A DNA stretch of 63,198 nucleotides, the filler included, from Fonticula-like sp. SCN 57-25 (Eukaryota): assembly GCA_001724245.1 (NCBI GenBank). It is 8 parts of 8 records of this genome, joined end to end, with 100 filler letters (N's around TTAATTAATTAA, not from the genome) between each part and the next. Parts side by side here need not be neighbours in the genome. Positions count along the whole stretch, not along the records: positions 17,369 to 24,860 come from MEDX01000360.1; positions 24,961 to 32,677 come from MEDX01000361.1; positions 32,778 to 40,247 come from MEDX01000362.1; 5 more parts are not named here. One strand, given 5' to 3'. The translations under genes and the position numbers were made by a program. The notes beneath the pieces were generated by a model. The model was not told the DNA's origin. It saw only the letters and a program-made list of their open reading frames with translations, and ran no database searches. This document shows, piece after piece, positions 20,301-34,075 of the stretch (positions within the stretch are counted from its first letter, which is position 1; the number at the start of each line of letters is the position of its first letter).

Positions 20301-23300
20301 CGCCACGGCGGCGCTGACGGCGATCGTCGATTCAAAGAGCATCTTTTCGCACGAGCTCGAGGCCGAAGGGGCCGTGCTGGACCGCGTGGGCATCTCTGTT
20401 GGCCGCTTCCTCGTGCAGCTCACTGCCGACCAGGTGCTCATGCTGCTCGAATTCTCGGCGGACTTGCTTGACCACGACATGTTTGCGTCCCTCGCCGGCC
20501 GCGTGCCAATGGACCTGCTGAGCGACCTTGTTGCGCCGTCGCTCCCGTCGCACGTCACAAAGCTTGCGCTCAATGCCAAGGTAGGTGACGTCATTGCGCG
20601 CTACTATGTGGACGGCACGTCGGCGCTCGCCATCGAGACGAGCGACATTTCCGCCGACGTGGAGCAGACGGCCGCGCGCACTGGCGTCCGCGCGGTCGTC
20701 CCGGCGGTTTCCATTGCGTTTGAGCGCGCTGGGCTCAAGATGCCGCCGCTAATTGGCACGGTCAGCTCACAGGACCCACTGCTGTCGCTAGATTTGGAGC
20801 TTTTCACCGAGGTGCCCGCGCGGCGCGTCGAGGATGGCGCGATCAAGGCGCGCGTCGGCGCCCTCTTTGCCAACATTGACGACGCCATGCTGTTCAACAT
20901 TGCCGCAGCGGGCGTCCTTCTGGCACGCCGTACGCGCGACCTCTTTGTGCGCCTGAGTGACTCTGCCGTGGTTCGCATCTCAAACGCGCGGCCGCCGTCG
21001 CCGCCATCGCCGCCGCCGCTCTTTTTGTTTGACATCCACCTGACGGCGCCGAATATTTTCCTGCCGCCCGTGTCGGGCGACAGCGCCTTTATGGCCGAGT
21101 CGGCGGGCGTTGCGCTCGGCGTGTCGCTCGGTGTCATCCACCTTACGAGCGCCGTCACCGAGGGCGGTCTCGAAGACTCGCACGTCACCGACCGCGTCAC
21201 TGTTTCCATCAGCGACGTTGGCGTGTCGCTCGTCCCGGCGGGAAGCGGCCGCGAGACGCTCCTTGAGCCCGTTCCGCTGCTCGCGCCGCTCGGACTCGAC
21301 GTTGTGCTCGAGCGCAGGCTTGTCAACCCGCGCGCGGGCGCGCTCGCCGTACAGGCGGCGTCGGACGGCGTTGGCGCACTCGTCGAGACGGCGGCGCTCA
21401 CCGCAAAGATGGGCGTCGTTGACATGGCGCTGCACGAACGCGACGTGTACGCGCTCCTGCGCACAGTGCTTGAGTGGAGCGTGTGGGGCGAGCGCATCGG
21501 CGCGCTCGCCGCCGTCGAGGGGCCCAAACAGAAACTGCATAAGCACGAAAAAGAGTCATCGCCGAAGCGCGCGGATGAGAAGCTTGCGCTGCCGCCGGGC
21601 CTCAGCAGCGTGGCGTTGAATGTGGAGCTGGCGGGTGTGCGCGCAACGCTCGTGCGCGACGCAGGAGCGTTCTCGACGACCGCCGGCGAAACTGGCGACG
21701 AGGCGCTTGCCGAGGCGGTTCTCAAGCCGATCACGTTTGGCGCTGTTGTGGAGCAGCTTCGCGCCACCGCTGAGCTCCGCCTTGAAGGCATTGAAGTGCG
21801 CGACGCGCGCAAGCAGTGTGACTTTGTTGGTCGCCGCGGCGTCCCGACGGCGGTCCCGCTGCTGTTTAGCACGCAGGGTGCGACGACGGCTTCGCTTTCT
21901 GTGCGGCTTGGCGAGGCGCGGCGGTACGCTTCGCCGCCGTCGACGACGAGCAGCAAGGAAAGCGGGTTGGCTACACCGACGCCCAGCGATATGAGTGTTG
22001 AGCGCCGCCGCCAGGCCGAGGCCGTCGACACGCTTACGGTCGTCGTCTCGCAGCTGTCGGCTTACGTCGTGCTTGACTTTTTTGCCGCGCTCACCGTGTA
22101 CCTCAAGGGCGGCGTACGCGCGCTGTCGCATCGCCCATCCAAGGCGCTGCCGCCGGCTGCTGTTCAGGCTGTCGCGGACGCTGCGCGCGCCGCCAAGGAC
22201 GCTGCTGCTGCGCAGCCGTCGACTGCCAAGGCCGTGACGCTGCCGATGCTGCGCCAGATGCTGAGTGGGTTCCGCGTTGAGGCGTCGGTGCAGCTCGACC
22301 GCTGCGACCTCGTTGTTGTCAAGGACCCTACGTCAGCGCGCAGCGAGATTGCGCTGCTGTCGCTCCCCGAGGGCACGGCGTCGCTCATCATCACCGAGAA
22401 CGCACACGCGTCCGTGTCGGTCAGTCTGCTGCGCTTCTTTGTCGGCACGGGGCGTCTCGACGCGCGCGACGATATCCGCGCGTCACTCCTGGCACCGTTT
22501 GGCATCCTCGCGTCGGCGTCGGTCACGGTCGCAGACGACGCCGTCCGCGTGGGCGGCGACATTGGCTTGGACTCGATTGACGTGAGCCTGAGCTACAGCG
22601 ACGCGCGGCTGCTCTACGGCGTGGCGCTCAACGCCAAGCGCGTCATTGCGGCCGCGCGGCCGTTCTGGCGCACCGAGCGCATGAGCGACGAGGAGGCGCG
22701 CATCGCCGACCTCAACGTGTTTTTGGCTACCAGCCTCGATGCCGAGCAGCGGATTGCGCTCGAGCTTGCTGCTGCTGCGGTTGCGTCGGGCAAGGCGGCG
22801 GCGGAGCACGAGGAGAGCGGTGCAAAGTCGCGCGGCGCGGCCGTTGCGCGGCCGATGGACGTGCTGATGGACGCGCTCGTCGGCTCGCTGCAGGTGCAGT
22901 TAATGGGCATCACAGCCAATGTGACCAATGACCGCGGGACGGTAGCCGTCCCCGTGATGCAGGCGCAGCTCCCCGCGACAAAGTGCCAGGCGCAGCTCGA
23001 AGGCCCCCAGGTGTCGCTCTACATGGACATGCGCCTCTCGGCCTCTGTGTTTAACGAGCGCCTGACCGCGTGGGAGCCGCTCATCGAGCCGTACAAGTTT
23101 AGCGCGAGCGTCGAGGTCGCTTCCGAGTCGTTCCCTCCGCAGGTCTCTGTCCAGGTGGACGCCGAGCGCACGCTCGAGCTGTCCGTCACGCAGTCGATGA
23201 TTTCAAATATCGCAACAACGGTGACCATGTGGACGACCGATTTTGCGGCGATCGAGCGCGCCGGCGCCGACCCCGAGATGCTCAAGCGGCGCATCTTTTC

Positions 23301-24860
23301 GCCGTACAACATCATCAACCAAACGGGCGAGCGGCTCGAGGTGTGCCGCACGGACGCCCAGGGCGGCTGGAGCGACGCGTCCGCCGTCGCAGTGGACGTT
23401 GGCGGCGAGCAGCCGTGGTCTTTTGGCGACGACAGTGTGCTGCGCAAAAGGGCGGCGGAAACGACGCTCGCGGCCGCGGCGGCCACGGGCAAGGTTAACC
23501 TTGTCGAGACGCCGTCGTCACACCGCATCTCGGTCAGGTTTGCCGAGGTTGGCGCGACATTGTCCAACATTTCGGTCGACCGCGAGGGCTCGACGACGTA
23601 TGTGTTGCCGCTGCGCGGCCAGCGGGCAATGCAAACGCAGGGCGCAGAGGACGCTACGCTGCGCGTTCGCGTTGTCGTAAAGTGGTTCCGCGGACAGCGC
23701 CGCGTGCACATCCAGTCGACCTTTGTGCTGCACAACTCGACGTTTGTCGACATTGAGATGCGCGTCACGGACCCGTCACGCGATGCGCTGCCGACATACA
23801 TTACGATCAAGGCGGGCGACGAAGGCTGCGTGCCGCTTGGCGCCTCGCTCAACGGCCACATTGCGCTGCGGCCTGTCGGCTCCGACTACCAATGGAGCGA
23901 CAGCCCTATTTCGTGGCGCTCGTTTGCTTCCAAGGACCTGATGCTGTCGCGGTGCTCGGCCAATAGCAGCGACGCATCCACTGCGTTCCTGGCGCTCCTG
24001 TACAAGCCGCCGGTGAAGCTGCAGTTCAAGCCGACCGCCGAGGAGCGCCAGCTTCACGGTCCGACGCTGACGGTCGACATTCTCCCGCCGATGGAGATTG
24101 AGAATTTGCTGCCGTACACCGCGCACTTTTCAGTGCTCTCGATGGTGGACGGCGACCTTCAACCGCTCGTGGCGCTCACGGTGCCATCTGGCGGCATGGG
24201 CACCGTCTTGGCGGCGAACCTGGCGCTCGAGCTGCACCTGCTCGCGACGGTTGAGTCGACCGGCGGGACAATGTACCGCGCCAACAGCCCGGCGCGTATT
24301 CACCGCTCGCGCGACCAGTCGGGTCTCGCGACGGGGCTTGTCATGACGCGCGGCGCCGACGCGAGCAACAGCGCCTCGACTGTCGAGCTCGCGATCGAGT
24401 ACGACACGCGTGGTAACGAGCTCGGTATCAAGCGCGTCGTCATTTACGCGCCATATCTGTTTGTCAACCGCACGGGGCTGCCGCTAAAGTACAAGCAGGT
24501 GCGCGTTGTTGCGCGCGACGGGCCGGAGACGAGCGACGCTGCCGCGGGCGGGATGAGTGTGTCAACGCTTGACCTTGCGACGACCGTGCGCGACGCCGAA
24601 CCGCTCATGATGTCGTTTGAAAAGCGTCGCGGCATCAAGCTGCGCTGCGCCGTCCGCAGCGAAAACACAAAGTGGTCGCCGACGTTTATGCTCGAGGCCG
24701 CCGGCACGTCCGGCGAGCTGCTGCTGGCAGGCGACAAGGTGCAGGGCAAGGGCGCCGACGCCGCAGAGTTTGTGCGCGGGACGTGCCAGGTGGGGCTCGT
24801 GATTCGCAACGCGCCGCAAAAGTTTAGCCGCACGACGGTGGTCTCGCTGATGCCGCGCTA
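17369..24860 (+). CDS. VPS13: VPS13 lipid-transfer protein, both ends truncated
   Basis: Chorein-N (LKIPWTNLKTQPLHVQVDRV, LQLQVSNIHIRYED), AWWKYA, FNERLTAWEPLIEP, PYNIINQTG and VAB-like YAPYLFVNRTGLPL; >2400 codons open. Confidence 0.95.
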
Positions 24861-24960
24861 NNNNNNNNNNNNNNNNNNNNNNNNNNNNNNNNNNNNNNNN
24901 NNNNTTAATTAATTAANNNNNNNNNNNNNNNNNNNNNNNNNNNNNNNNNNNNNNNNNNNN

Positions 24961-27763
24961 GCGTCACATTGACAAACGACTGCAGCAGCTCATAGTTGCG
25001 GCACGTAGAAAGCTGCTGAATAAAGAGTCTCAAGAGCAGCGCGAGATCGTTCGCTTCCGCGTCTGACGAGATGGCGCGGATCTCATAGTCGACCGCCGAC
25101 GGCGACATTCCCTTGAGCAGCTCCACCGACTTTTCAACTGAAATTCGCCCCTGAATCAGTACACAACACATGGAAAGATACAAATAACGCACAGTTACCC
25201 TCCTCGGCGTCGGCGCGGAGCGCCTTGACAAAGGTCGTGAGGGCGTTCTCGGTGGCGAGCCTGCGCACGCGCGACGCCGCGCGCCGGCGTCCGTGTCCAA
25301 CCCGTCGTCCTCGACCACAAACTTGCTCGTGAGCCCGGGCATTGTCGACAAAAAGAACGGCGCTAATAAAAAAAGCAGCGAAATGGTTAGAATTGCGTGC
25401 AAAAATAATCAAAAAAACACACCCTTTGGCGGTGCCTTTGGCGCCTCGATTGGCTTGTTGCGCTCCTTGATCGCCTCGAGGTGCAGCAGATTCTGCCAGC
25501 GCGTCTTTGGCAGCCCCGACAGCGTGATAAGGTGCGCGCCGAGCGGCTCGTCCTTTTGCAGCGCTCCGAGGTTCGTCTCCTTTTCGCTCGCGTCGCCCGC
25601 CGGGTGCTTTTCAAAGAAGCTTTCCGCGCCGTCCTTGCCGTCCTTGTCCTCGTCGTCGATCGCGCTCGACGGCAGCTGCGCAACGGCGGCGGCCTCGGCC
25701 TCCTCGTCCGTGACGGGCAGAACCGGCGCGTTCGTATAGAGGTGCCTGTTGGCCCACAAAAACACACCCAGCTCGCCGACGTGCGTCGTCGCAATATAGT
25801 CGCCCTTTGGCGAGAACGACACCGACGTCGGCACGCTCGGCAGAACGAGCACGTCGACGAGGTGCGCCGACGGAATGTCGTAGCAGCGGAGCCGCCCGTC
25901 GGCGCTCGCGGCGAGCAGCCAGCGGCCGTCGGGGCTGAACGCGAGGTCGGTCACGCGGTGCGTCTGGTGCGCAAAGCGACGCACAAGGCGGCCGGTCTCA
26001 ATGTCGTAAAGGCGCACGACGAGGTCGTCGGCGGCGACGGCGCACAAGTCGCTGTCGCGGTGCAGCTCGAGGCGCGTTGCCGGCGAGCCGACCTCAAAAA
26101 CGACGGCAGCGGCGGCGGCGTCGTTGAATTCGCGCACGCGGACCGTCCCGTCGAGCGAGCAGCTGACGAGGCGGCGGTTGATGGCGTCGGTAGCGACGCC
26201 GGTGACGGCCTTTGTGTGGCCCGTGAGGTGCCGCCGGTGCAGACCCGACTGCATGTTGAAAACGTCGACGGCGCCCGACGCGCAGCCGAGCACGCCAAAG
26301 TTGCCGCACGCAGAGATGGCGACCGACTTTACGGCCGAGCCGTCCTGCGTCGCAAGCTTGTGCTTGCCGAGCGCGCGGCGCTGCGTGGTCCATGTGTACG
26401 CCGTCGAGTGGTCACCGTGCGCGGTCAGCACATTGTCCCAGTAGCGCTCCTGCGTCTCGCACGACGCAAACTGCGTCACGACGGGCAGGCGAAGGCGCTC
26501 CATGAGACGCGCATTGTGGCGAGCCTTGGCCTCGATCGAACCCTGCGAAAACTCGGTTGCCTGCGCGTCGCGGATCACCGAAAAGAGGCGCAGCGTGTGG
26601 TCGCGGCCGGCCGAGATGATGTAGTGGTTAAACTCGTGCGACGGCGTGCCGTAAAAGCGCGCAAATTCGGGCGAGCGGCCGTGGCCGCCGCGCGAGCGCA
26701 AAAGGCGGCCGTGACCGTCGGGCGCGTCAAAGATCCACTCCTTGACGGCGTTGTCGCCCGCGTTTGAGATAAGGATCGGCTGGCCGTGGAGGAAAGAGAG
26801 GCCGGCCACGGACGCATCGTGGGAGCCCTGCATAAAGTGGACGAGGCGGCGCTCAGAGAGGTCCCACACGCAAATGTCGCCCTGGTGGTTGCCAGAGGCG
26901 ATCACGGGAACGTCGTCAGTGCGGAAGGCGAGCGACGTCACGACGCCCTGCTGCTGCACGGAAAAGAGCGCCTGGTCAAACTTGAGGTTGAACAGCACGA
27001 TCGTGCCGTCAGAGAGGCCGACGGCGACAACGTCGAGGACAGGGGATTGGGCGAGCGCCGTAACGCCGTAGGGGAAGGGGGTAAACTCGTGCACGAGCGA
27101 GCCCGTGCGAATGTTCCACAGCTGCATCACTCCCGACGAGTTGGCCACAAGCACCTTGTTGAGGTACGTGCTCGGATGAAGCATGCACGTCGCGCCAAAG
27201 CCGGCTCCCAGCTCGATCGTCGCGGCATGCGAGCGCTCGGCAATGTCCCACACGAAAAGCTCGTTCGAGCGGTCAAGCGACAAAAGGCGGCCGCCAAAGA
27301 TGAGCAGCTTGAAAATGTCGGCCGTCGGGCCAGTGAAGCGCCACGATTCGCGGGCGCGATCGTAGACGACCACCTGCTGACCGCATGCGGCAAACGTAAG
27401 ATCGCCGCTGTTCTCGAGCGCAGTGATCTGCGCCGGCGCCGGAGGCCCGACAAAGAGGAGGCCCAAGTGAGCACAGTCAAAGATCTGGAAGCCGCTCCCC
27501 GTGCATGTCGTGACAAAGTAGGCGCCGCCGCGTGACTGCAGCGCAAATGGCACGCCCGTGGACACGAGCCCCACCGCGCGGAATGGCTCAAAGAGCCTGC
27601 TCCCCTTCATCACCACCGGCCGCTTCACTTCCTTGACCTGTACCTGCTCCGGCTCCTGGTTCTCTTCCGCCACAGTGGCCGGCTCTACCTCGCCCTTTTG
27701 CTTCAGCTTCGAGGGCTTGGCAGGCTCGCCGCCACCACGCCGCCGCTTGCTCGCTGGCGCCAT
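24961..27763 (-). CDS. UTP21: U3 snoRNP WD40 protein Utp21/WDR36, 3'-truncated, short introns near the 3' end
   Basis: SRLFEPFRAVG, HPSTYLNKVL, DNAVKEWIFD, ITLSGLPKTRWQNLLHLEAIKERNKP...APFFL, MSPSAVDYEIR. Confidence 0.95.
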
Positions 27764-28462
27764 GTGGTCGATCAAGTCTACTCTGCGAATGGACCGCTGA
27801 TTCGTAGAGTAGAAAGAGGGACACTTTGATAGTCGTTTAGATTGCATCCCACAATTGCAGTGCTCCCAAATCCGAATGTCGTCTGAAAATCGCCTTTCGT
27901 GGTCGTTCTTTGATCAAAACTCACGTCGCCAATTGCCACGACACCCTCCTTCCTTCGTAGGAGAAGGTGTTGCCATATCACTTGCTCCGCAAGTCTATGA
28001 GGTGACGGAGAGCAACAGACCAGCATTAAGGAAGCGGTCTGTCGGTCCACTCATGGTGGCATGGCAGAACGCGTCGACGCTGGCCGAAATCTCTTTTCAA
28101 TATCAAAAGCAATTCAAAAGAAAACAAAGGAAGGCGGTGTCGTGTCGTTCTAGAAACGGGTTTCGCGGCACGAAAGGAAGCTGAAAACAGGTTTTGTCAC
28201 ATGGGAACTTTTGCCATAAAGACAGAGGTGCCATGTGCATACAGTGACTTTTATGCATGCATCTACCGGTATACTGGTCAAGGTTGCCTCAATTTGCCTG
28301 TTGTTCACGAACTATTATAAAATACTGCCTATTATATTGATGCGTACTCCATACAATTATATATTAGGGGGCCCGAGTGCCACGTGCCCCACGCGCTTCC
28401 ATGCCATTTCCGCCGTAATGCGTAATCTATATTAACTAACCAAGAGCCCCGCGGACCCTGTT

Positions 28463-29703
28463 CTACAAAAGCGATTCTGTTACGAGATCCATGCGCTCGA
28501 TCACGCTCCTGGGCATGCAGTAGACCGGGTCGACCTCGCCGAGGCCCGGGTAGCCGAGCAGCGAGAGGCCCGCAATGCCAAAGAGCGTGTGGAAGACGTC
28601 GGCCATGTCGCCCGGACGGTCGGCGATGCCGCCGTTGTCGGGATCTTGCGCCGACAGAATGAACTCGATCAGCTTGCCGCTGTCGATCCAGTGGAGGCGC
28701 TTGAGCGTCGCCATAGCAGACAGGCACCACCACGAGTAGCACACGTCCTCAAGCTTTTCGGGGCGACCATTGAGGCCGCCGCACTCGAGCTGGCGCTCGG
28801 CGAGCCACCAGCCAAGCGTGTCAACGTCCACGTGGTGAAGACTACTCAAGATGGCCAGCGCGTTCACGCAGCAGAAAACTGGCGAAGAAGACGAAACGGT
28901 AAGAAAAGAGCAGAGTGAATAGAATGAAGTATCGCACTTTGTCCAGCGTGCGACTCTGCACCGGGTATACTCCCAAAGCCGCCGTCAAAGTTTTTGCATT
29001 TGAGGATGAAGGCGGTCGCGCTCTGCACGTCGATGGCATCGAGCATGCCCAGCAGTGAGAGGCACGAAATGGCGCAGTATGAGAAGCGCGAGTCCACCTC
29101 GCCCCACACGTCGCCCGCAAACGACCCGTCAGCCTGCTGCAGGCCGCGAACATCTACCGGGACGGTCAGCAGGCAGGTCATAATAGAAAAGGAGGCGCAC
29201 AGCGAACGACGGCCTCAACATCGATGGCATCGAGGCGGTCGTAGATGGCGAGCACCTGCACAGCGCTCAGCGTCGAGAGGAGGTGCGGATCATGGTTGAC
29301 ATTGCCGCCAAATCCACCTATGGACACGCGGCATCACATGTTGGCTCAAACTGGGATCCGACGCAAACAAAAGGGAAAAGAGGCGCACCTCCAGCGTGCT
29401 GACACGACTTTAGGAACTGGACGACCTTTTCGCGGTTAAGCGCGTCCGGCGGCGCGTGCAGCAGCTCGAGCGCCGTCACGCCCCAGTACAGACCCTGCAC
29501 CTTGAGGTGCTCGCTGAGCCAGTACTCGAGCGAATCATGTCGCTGAGGAAATGGAAGTTTCGGCGTCAGATTATAAAATATAAAAACGAGAAATTGGCAA
29601 ATTGTAGAGCGCAGCGTACCGTGTCAAGCGAAACAATGTACGAAATGTGCTTGTCCGCGAGCAGGGTGTCGGGCAGCGGCTCGGTTTCCGCATCGGCTGC
29701 CAT
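28463..29703 (-). CDS. RABGGTB: Rab geranylgeranyltransferase beta subunit, multi-exon
   Basis: [77 protein letters not shown]. Confidence 0.95.
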
Positions 29704-29897
29704 GGTGGCCTCCTGGTGGCTGTGGTCGGTCATCGGTCGGTCTGAGTCGGTTTCAGACAAAGTCACGTGACATAGGCTGGTGACGCACAACAGGGCGCCG
29801 CCGCGATCGAGGACACGATAGCGGCCGCGCGACAGGCACGTCCCTACTACATTTCCTGAAGGCGGTTGTCTAATAGTTGTCTTTGTGCTTCAATAGA

Positions 29898-31137
29898 TCC
29901 CCGCGAGCCCCGCGACGTACCGCGACGACTTTTACTCCTTTGGCAAATCGCTTGTGACGAGCGTGCTCTGCGAGCATCATCAGCTGCGCCATCTTGTTGC
30001 GTCGTCCGATCCGGGTCACGTCTACTACCTCTCCCTCCCCGGCCATGTGCGCCGCTGGGATCTGACGGAGGACGTGGTCGACGCGGGCGCCCCCTCCGCG
30101 CTGAGCACGGTCGGCGGGCACACGCGCCACCCGTTCCGGATCATATCGCTGGCAGCCGATGGCGACCTGGTGTTTGTCGGCGGCTACGAGGGCGAGGTCG
30201 TGTGCCGCGACGTGCGGCGGGAGGAGACCGTGTTTGATAGCGTGATCGGGACGACGTATAACGCGCTCATCAATGGGCTCACGGTGGGGGCTGGCGGGGG
30301 AGGACGGGCGCTCTTTGTGGCATGCAATGATAGGACGGTTCGCGTCATGCCGCTCGAAACGATGCAGATAGAAAAGCAGTTTCAGCTACCGTGGGCATGC
30401 AATGTGCGTAGGATGTTTTTTAATATCCTTTCAATTCTGACACCTTTTAGTACGCCTCTGCCGGCGCGAGCCGCCTCGTCGCAGTCGTCGGCGACAGCCC
30501 GACCGTCCGCCTCGGCGACGTCCGCCTCGACTCCCTTGACATAAACCTCGAAGGCGGGCACTCTGCCGACTGCTTCTCCTGCGCGTGGTCCCCCGACGGC
30601 CTGCTCCTGGCCACGTGCAGCGACGACGGCACCTCCTGCGTCTTTGACGTCCGCCGCCTCGCCGAGCCGCTTCACATCCTCCCCGCCCTCGCGCACACGC
30701 CGCGCTCCGTCCACTTTGACGGCAGATTCCTCCTCGTCGCAGAGGCGCGCGACACCGTCGTCGCGTACGACTCTGGAGCAGATTTTCAAGTGCAGCAGAC
30801 GATCGCCGTGCCGGGAAATATCGTCGGACTTGCGCCCATCGGAGGCGGCCAGTGCGAGCAGGTGAGGCTCTGCGGAGGCGCGGCGGACGAGCAAAAGAAG
30901 GTGGCCACGTGGTCGCCGCCGGTTATGGCTGCGCCGGTGGCGCGGGCCGCGTGGCAGCAGGAGGGCGGCGGCATTGAGCGCGCGGCGACGCCCGCGAGTC
31001 TCGCGAGGCAGGAGCGCGCGCGTGTGGGCGAGCTCAGCAGGGGATTCGCAGTCGCGTCAATGGACGTTCCTTTTGTGTCTCACGTGGCCGTTTTTGAGAG
31101 CGGCGTGCAGAGCAATAGGGAGTCATTGCTGTTATGA
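29898..31137 (+). CDS. Uncharacterised WD40-repeat protein (DUF2415/SPBC2A9.03-like); boundaries approximate
   Basis: HHQLRHLV, ACNDRTVRV, LPWACN, VAVVGDS, GHSADCFSCAWSPDGLLLATCSDDGTSCVFDVR. Confidence 0.65.
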
Positions 31138-31335
31138 CGACGAGGGTCTGTGTGGGTTTTGTCCATGAGGATAAATGTCGCTCTATGTGTTTTTATTATT
31201 GATGTTTTATTACCATGTGTCATTCTGTCATGTCTTACTACTGTTTTACGCATCTTTCTGCATGTGCCAAGTGCATATCGCGAAAGTTATTAATTGTGCA
31301 ATAATACCAAATTCATTATTATGGCCAAAATGCGT

Positions 31336-32196
31336 TCAGGGCAGGATGGGGATCTCGGCGACCGAGGTGAACACGTCCGAGGCGCCGGCGTCGGCCAGCG
31401 TGTCGGACGTGTCGGCGCCCGTGAGAACGCCGATAACCTTGGGGAGGCCCGCGTTGCGGCCCTCCTGCATGTCGTTGGCGGTGTCGCCGATCTTGGCGAC
31501 GTGCGCGACATTGTGCACCTTGAGCTTGCGCATCAGATCAAAGATCATGTACGGGCACGGGCGACCTATCGCAACAGCGCGGTCAGATATAAAATAATGT
31601 GAAAAAATAGGGTAAATGTACCTGCGCCAGCCTCGTTCGCGACGATCGACGCGTCGATGTGATCCCGGAAGCCCATTTGGTCGATGAGGCGATCGGCGAT
31701 GTCGCGCGGGTAGCCCGTGTTAAGGGCCACGAGGATCCCGGCTTCGCGGGCGCGCTGGAAAAAGTCAATGGCACCGGGGACGGCCTTGATCGACGTGTTG
31801 GGCATAAAGTACGCCTTGGTGATGCCGGCGGTAAAGTCAGTCATGATGGCATCAGCGCGCTGGCGATGCTCGCTCTTGGGGAACGACTTGAGCACAAAGT
31901 GGCTAGACGGCCGTCAGCATGGTAAGCAGTGTTATTAGAGCGCGTACTCGACAACCTCGCTCTTGTTGGAGCCGTGGAAGCGGTTAAACTCCTCCTCGCT
32001 GAATGTAATGCCGCCCTGGCGAAGCGCCCCCTTGAGCGTATCATATACGATACCGCCCTCGTCCACCGTCGTTCCCGCCATATCAAGCACCACAAGGCGG
32101 GTCGCCTTGGCGCTGATACCCTGCAAGACAAGCACGCTCAGCAACGGCGCGCTCACTACCCTCCGCTCGTACCAGCGATCGCACCGCCTTTGACAT
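31336..32196 (-). CDS. Phosphonatase-like (PhnX-like) HAD hydrolase, with introns
   Basis: Motif I VVLDMAGTTVDEGG, LNTGY, GRPCPYMIF, KIGDTANDMQEGRNAG; GT-AG introns split the ORFs. Confidence 0.85.
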
Positions 32197-32355
32197 GCTC
32201 GTGTGTGATCCTTGCGAGGATGCAGCGGTTTGCACACGCGATTGGCCGGCGTTCCACCACTGATTCCACCCCAAACTTTCACTTCTCCCACGACTCTACC
32301 CCTGATACAAACACTGACTCTACCCCAGATCCAACCCCAGATTCCACCCCGCGCG

Positions 32356-32677
32356 ATGGATGACCAGCAGGGCGTTGTGTACGATGCCGCCGGCCAGCCG
32401 CCGCGGGCGTGGACGCGGTTCCCTGGCCGCAGCCGCTTCTTGTGCGACGGTCGCCTTATGATGGTACTGCTCGCTATTACTTACTATTGGACGGAATCTA
32501 ATGGATTGTGCAGGCTCCTCAGTGGACCGTGCTTGCACTGAACGTCGCGTTGACGGTGGTCGTGTGCGCCGTCTTCTCGGGCGTCGTCATCCCGTACATG
32601 GTGCACAACGTTTCTGCCGCCGTGGCCGTCTTTTTCTACCTTTTGTTTGTCTTGTCAATGAGCGCGCTGGCGGCGAC
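32356..32677 (+). CDS. DHHC palmitoyltransferase (Erf2/ZDHHC9-14-18 type) N-terminus, truncated
   Basis: WTRFPGRSRFLCDGRLMM followed by two hydrophobic helices. Confidence 0.75.
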
Positions 32678-32777
32678 NNNNNNNNNNNNNNNNNNNNNNN
32701 NNNNNNNNNNNNNNNNNNNNNTTAATTAATTAANNNNNNNNNNNNNNNNNNNNNNNNNNNNNNNNNNNNNNNNNNNN

Positions 32778-34075
32778 TTGGAGGTGGGGTCGCACAATTC
32801 TCTTCGCGTGAGCTGGACCGCGTCGCCTGAAGGCGCCTATTACGAGCTCTGGTACCGCAAGCTGACGGCCCGAGCAGCGTCCGATGGCTTTACCCTGTTT
32901 GCACGGCTGGAGAGCGGTACGCTTTTTTCTCGTTTATGCGTATTTTTGTTGACAATCGCGTAGGACCGACCGAAGCGACGGTGACGGATCTTCAATCCGC
33001 TCAGTCGTACGAGCTGTTGCTTCTTGCGGGCCGCGACGGCGAGACAGAGCAAGTCGGCGTGCGCATGACAGCGACCACGTCATCATCGGTAAACTCCGCC
33101 GACAATAGTGGTGCGATCTCCAATTTTGTAAAGGTGAGTCAGCGCCCTCATGTGGGATATTAGATAACACCTCGAACGGCGAGATGCCAATTGGTATTAT
33201 TGTCGGAGCTGCGGTTGGCGGACTTGCCCTCATTGTCGTCGTCATTGTGCTGACTCTCTACCTGCGCGGTCGCAACCACGTGGTCGACCGTTCCAAGGCG
33301 GGCGTCTTTGGCAGCATGATGGCACTGGTGCGCCACAGTTTTTTATCGAGCTAGTTTGCTTATCTTTGTACAGAACATGCTCAAGTCGTACAGCGGAAGC
33401 AATGGCCCGGGATCAGGAGACATCGGGGGCAGTTTGGAGGAGTCTCTGGACGCCGCTTTGGAATCGCCTGCCGCTGTGGCATCCGACTTGGTTTCTTACG
33501 ACTCAAAGTCGCAAACTTACGCGTCATTGGAATTCCCTGCTGCTGTCGCACCTCCCTCGGCTCCCTACCAGGACTCCAAGTCACACACTTACAACCCGCG
33601 CCTCGCTGGCGTGAGAAAGCAGGAGCAACAGGAACCCCTTCCCGAATATCCCTCGTCTGCTTCAAATTATGTGGACACCAAAGACGCCAAAATTGGCCTG
33701 CCGTCGAGCCACGATGGGGCGAGACGTACCATGGAAATGGCTTGGCGCTCTGCAACTCTGCAGCCGGCTTCAAGCATGGCATACAGAGCAAACGCAGGAC
33801 CATCGATGGCACCGATACCCCCGCCTCTCTCTGCTGTTTCCCCTTTGCCGTCGCCTACGGCAGATGCTGGGTCTTCATACGCCACCTCCTCGAGGGGAAC
33901 CATCCCTCCCCCTCTTGCTTCTAGTGCGATTCCCTCGCCTATTCCGGTTGCCTCACCGTCGCCTCTGTTGGCATCAAGGTCCGCAACCACCATGACGAGA
34001 AGCAACACGCGCTCGGCCGCCAGTGGGATCAAGTTGCACAGCTCCGACAAAGACGCAACGTTTGGGCACGAGTAG
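32778..34075 (+). CDS. 3' part of a single-pass membrane protein with a fibronectin type III domain and a Ser/Pro-rich tail
   Basis: SLRVSWTASPEGAYYELWYR...TVTDLQSAQSYEL; TM helix IGIIVGAAVGGLALIVVVIVLTLYL; several introns. Confidence 0.7.

Noticed and set aside
17742-24833. Many long alternative-frame and antisense ORFs (also 25481-26767, 35563-36585, 41238-42356)
   Set aside because: Shadow ORFs caused by high GC3 in real genes; no protein motifs
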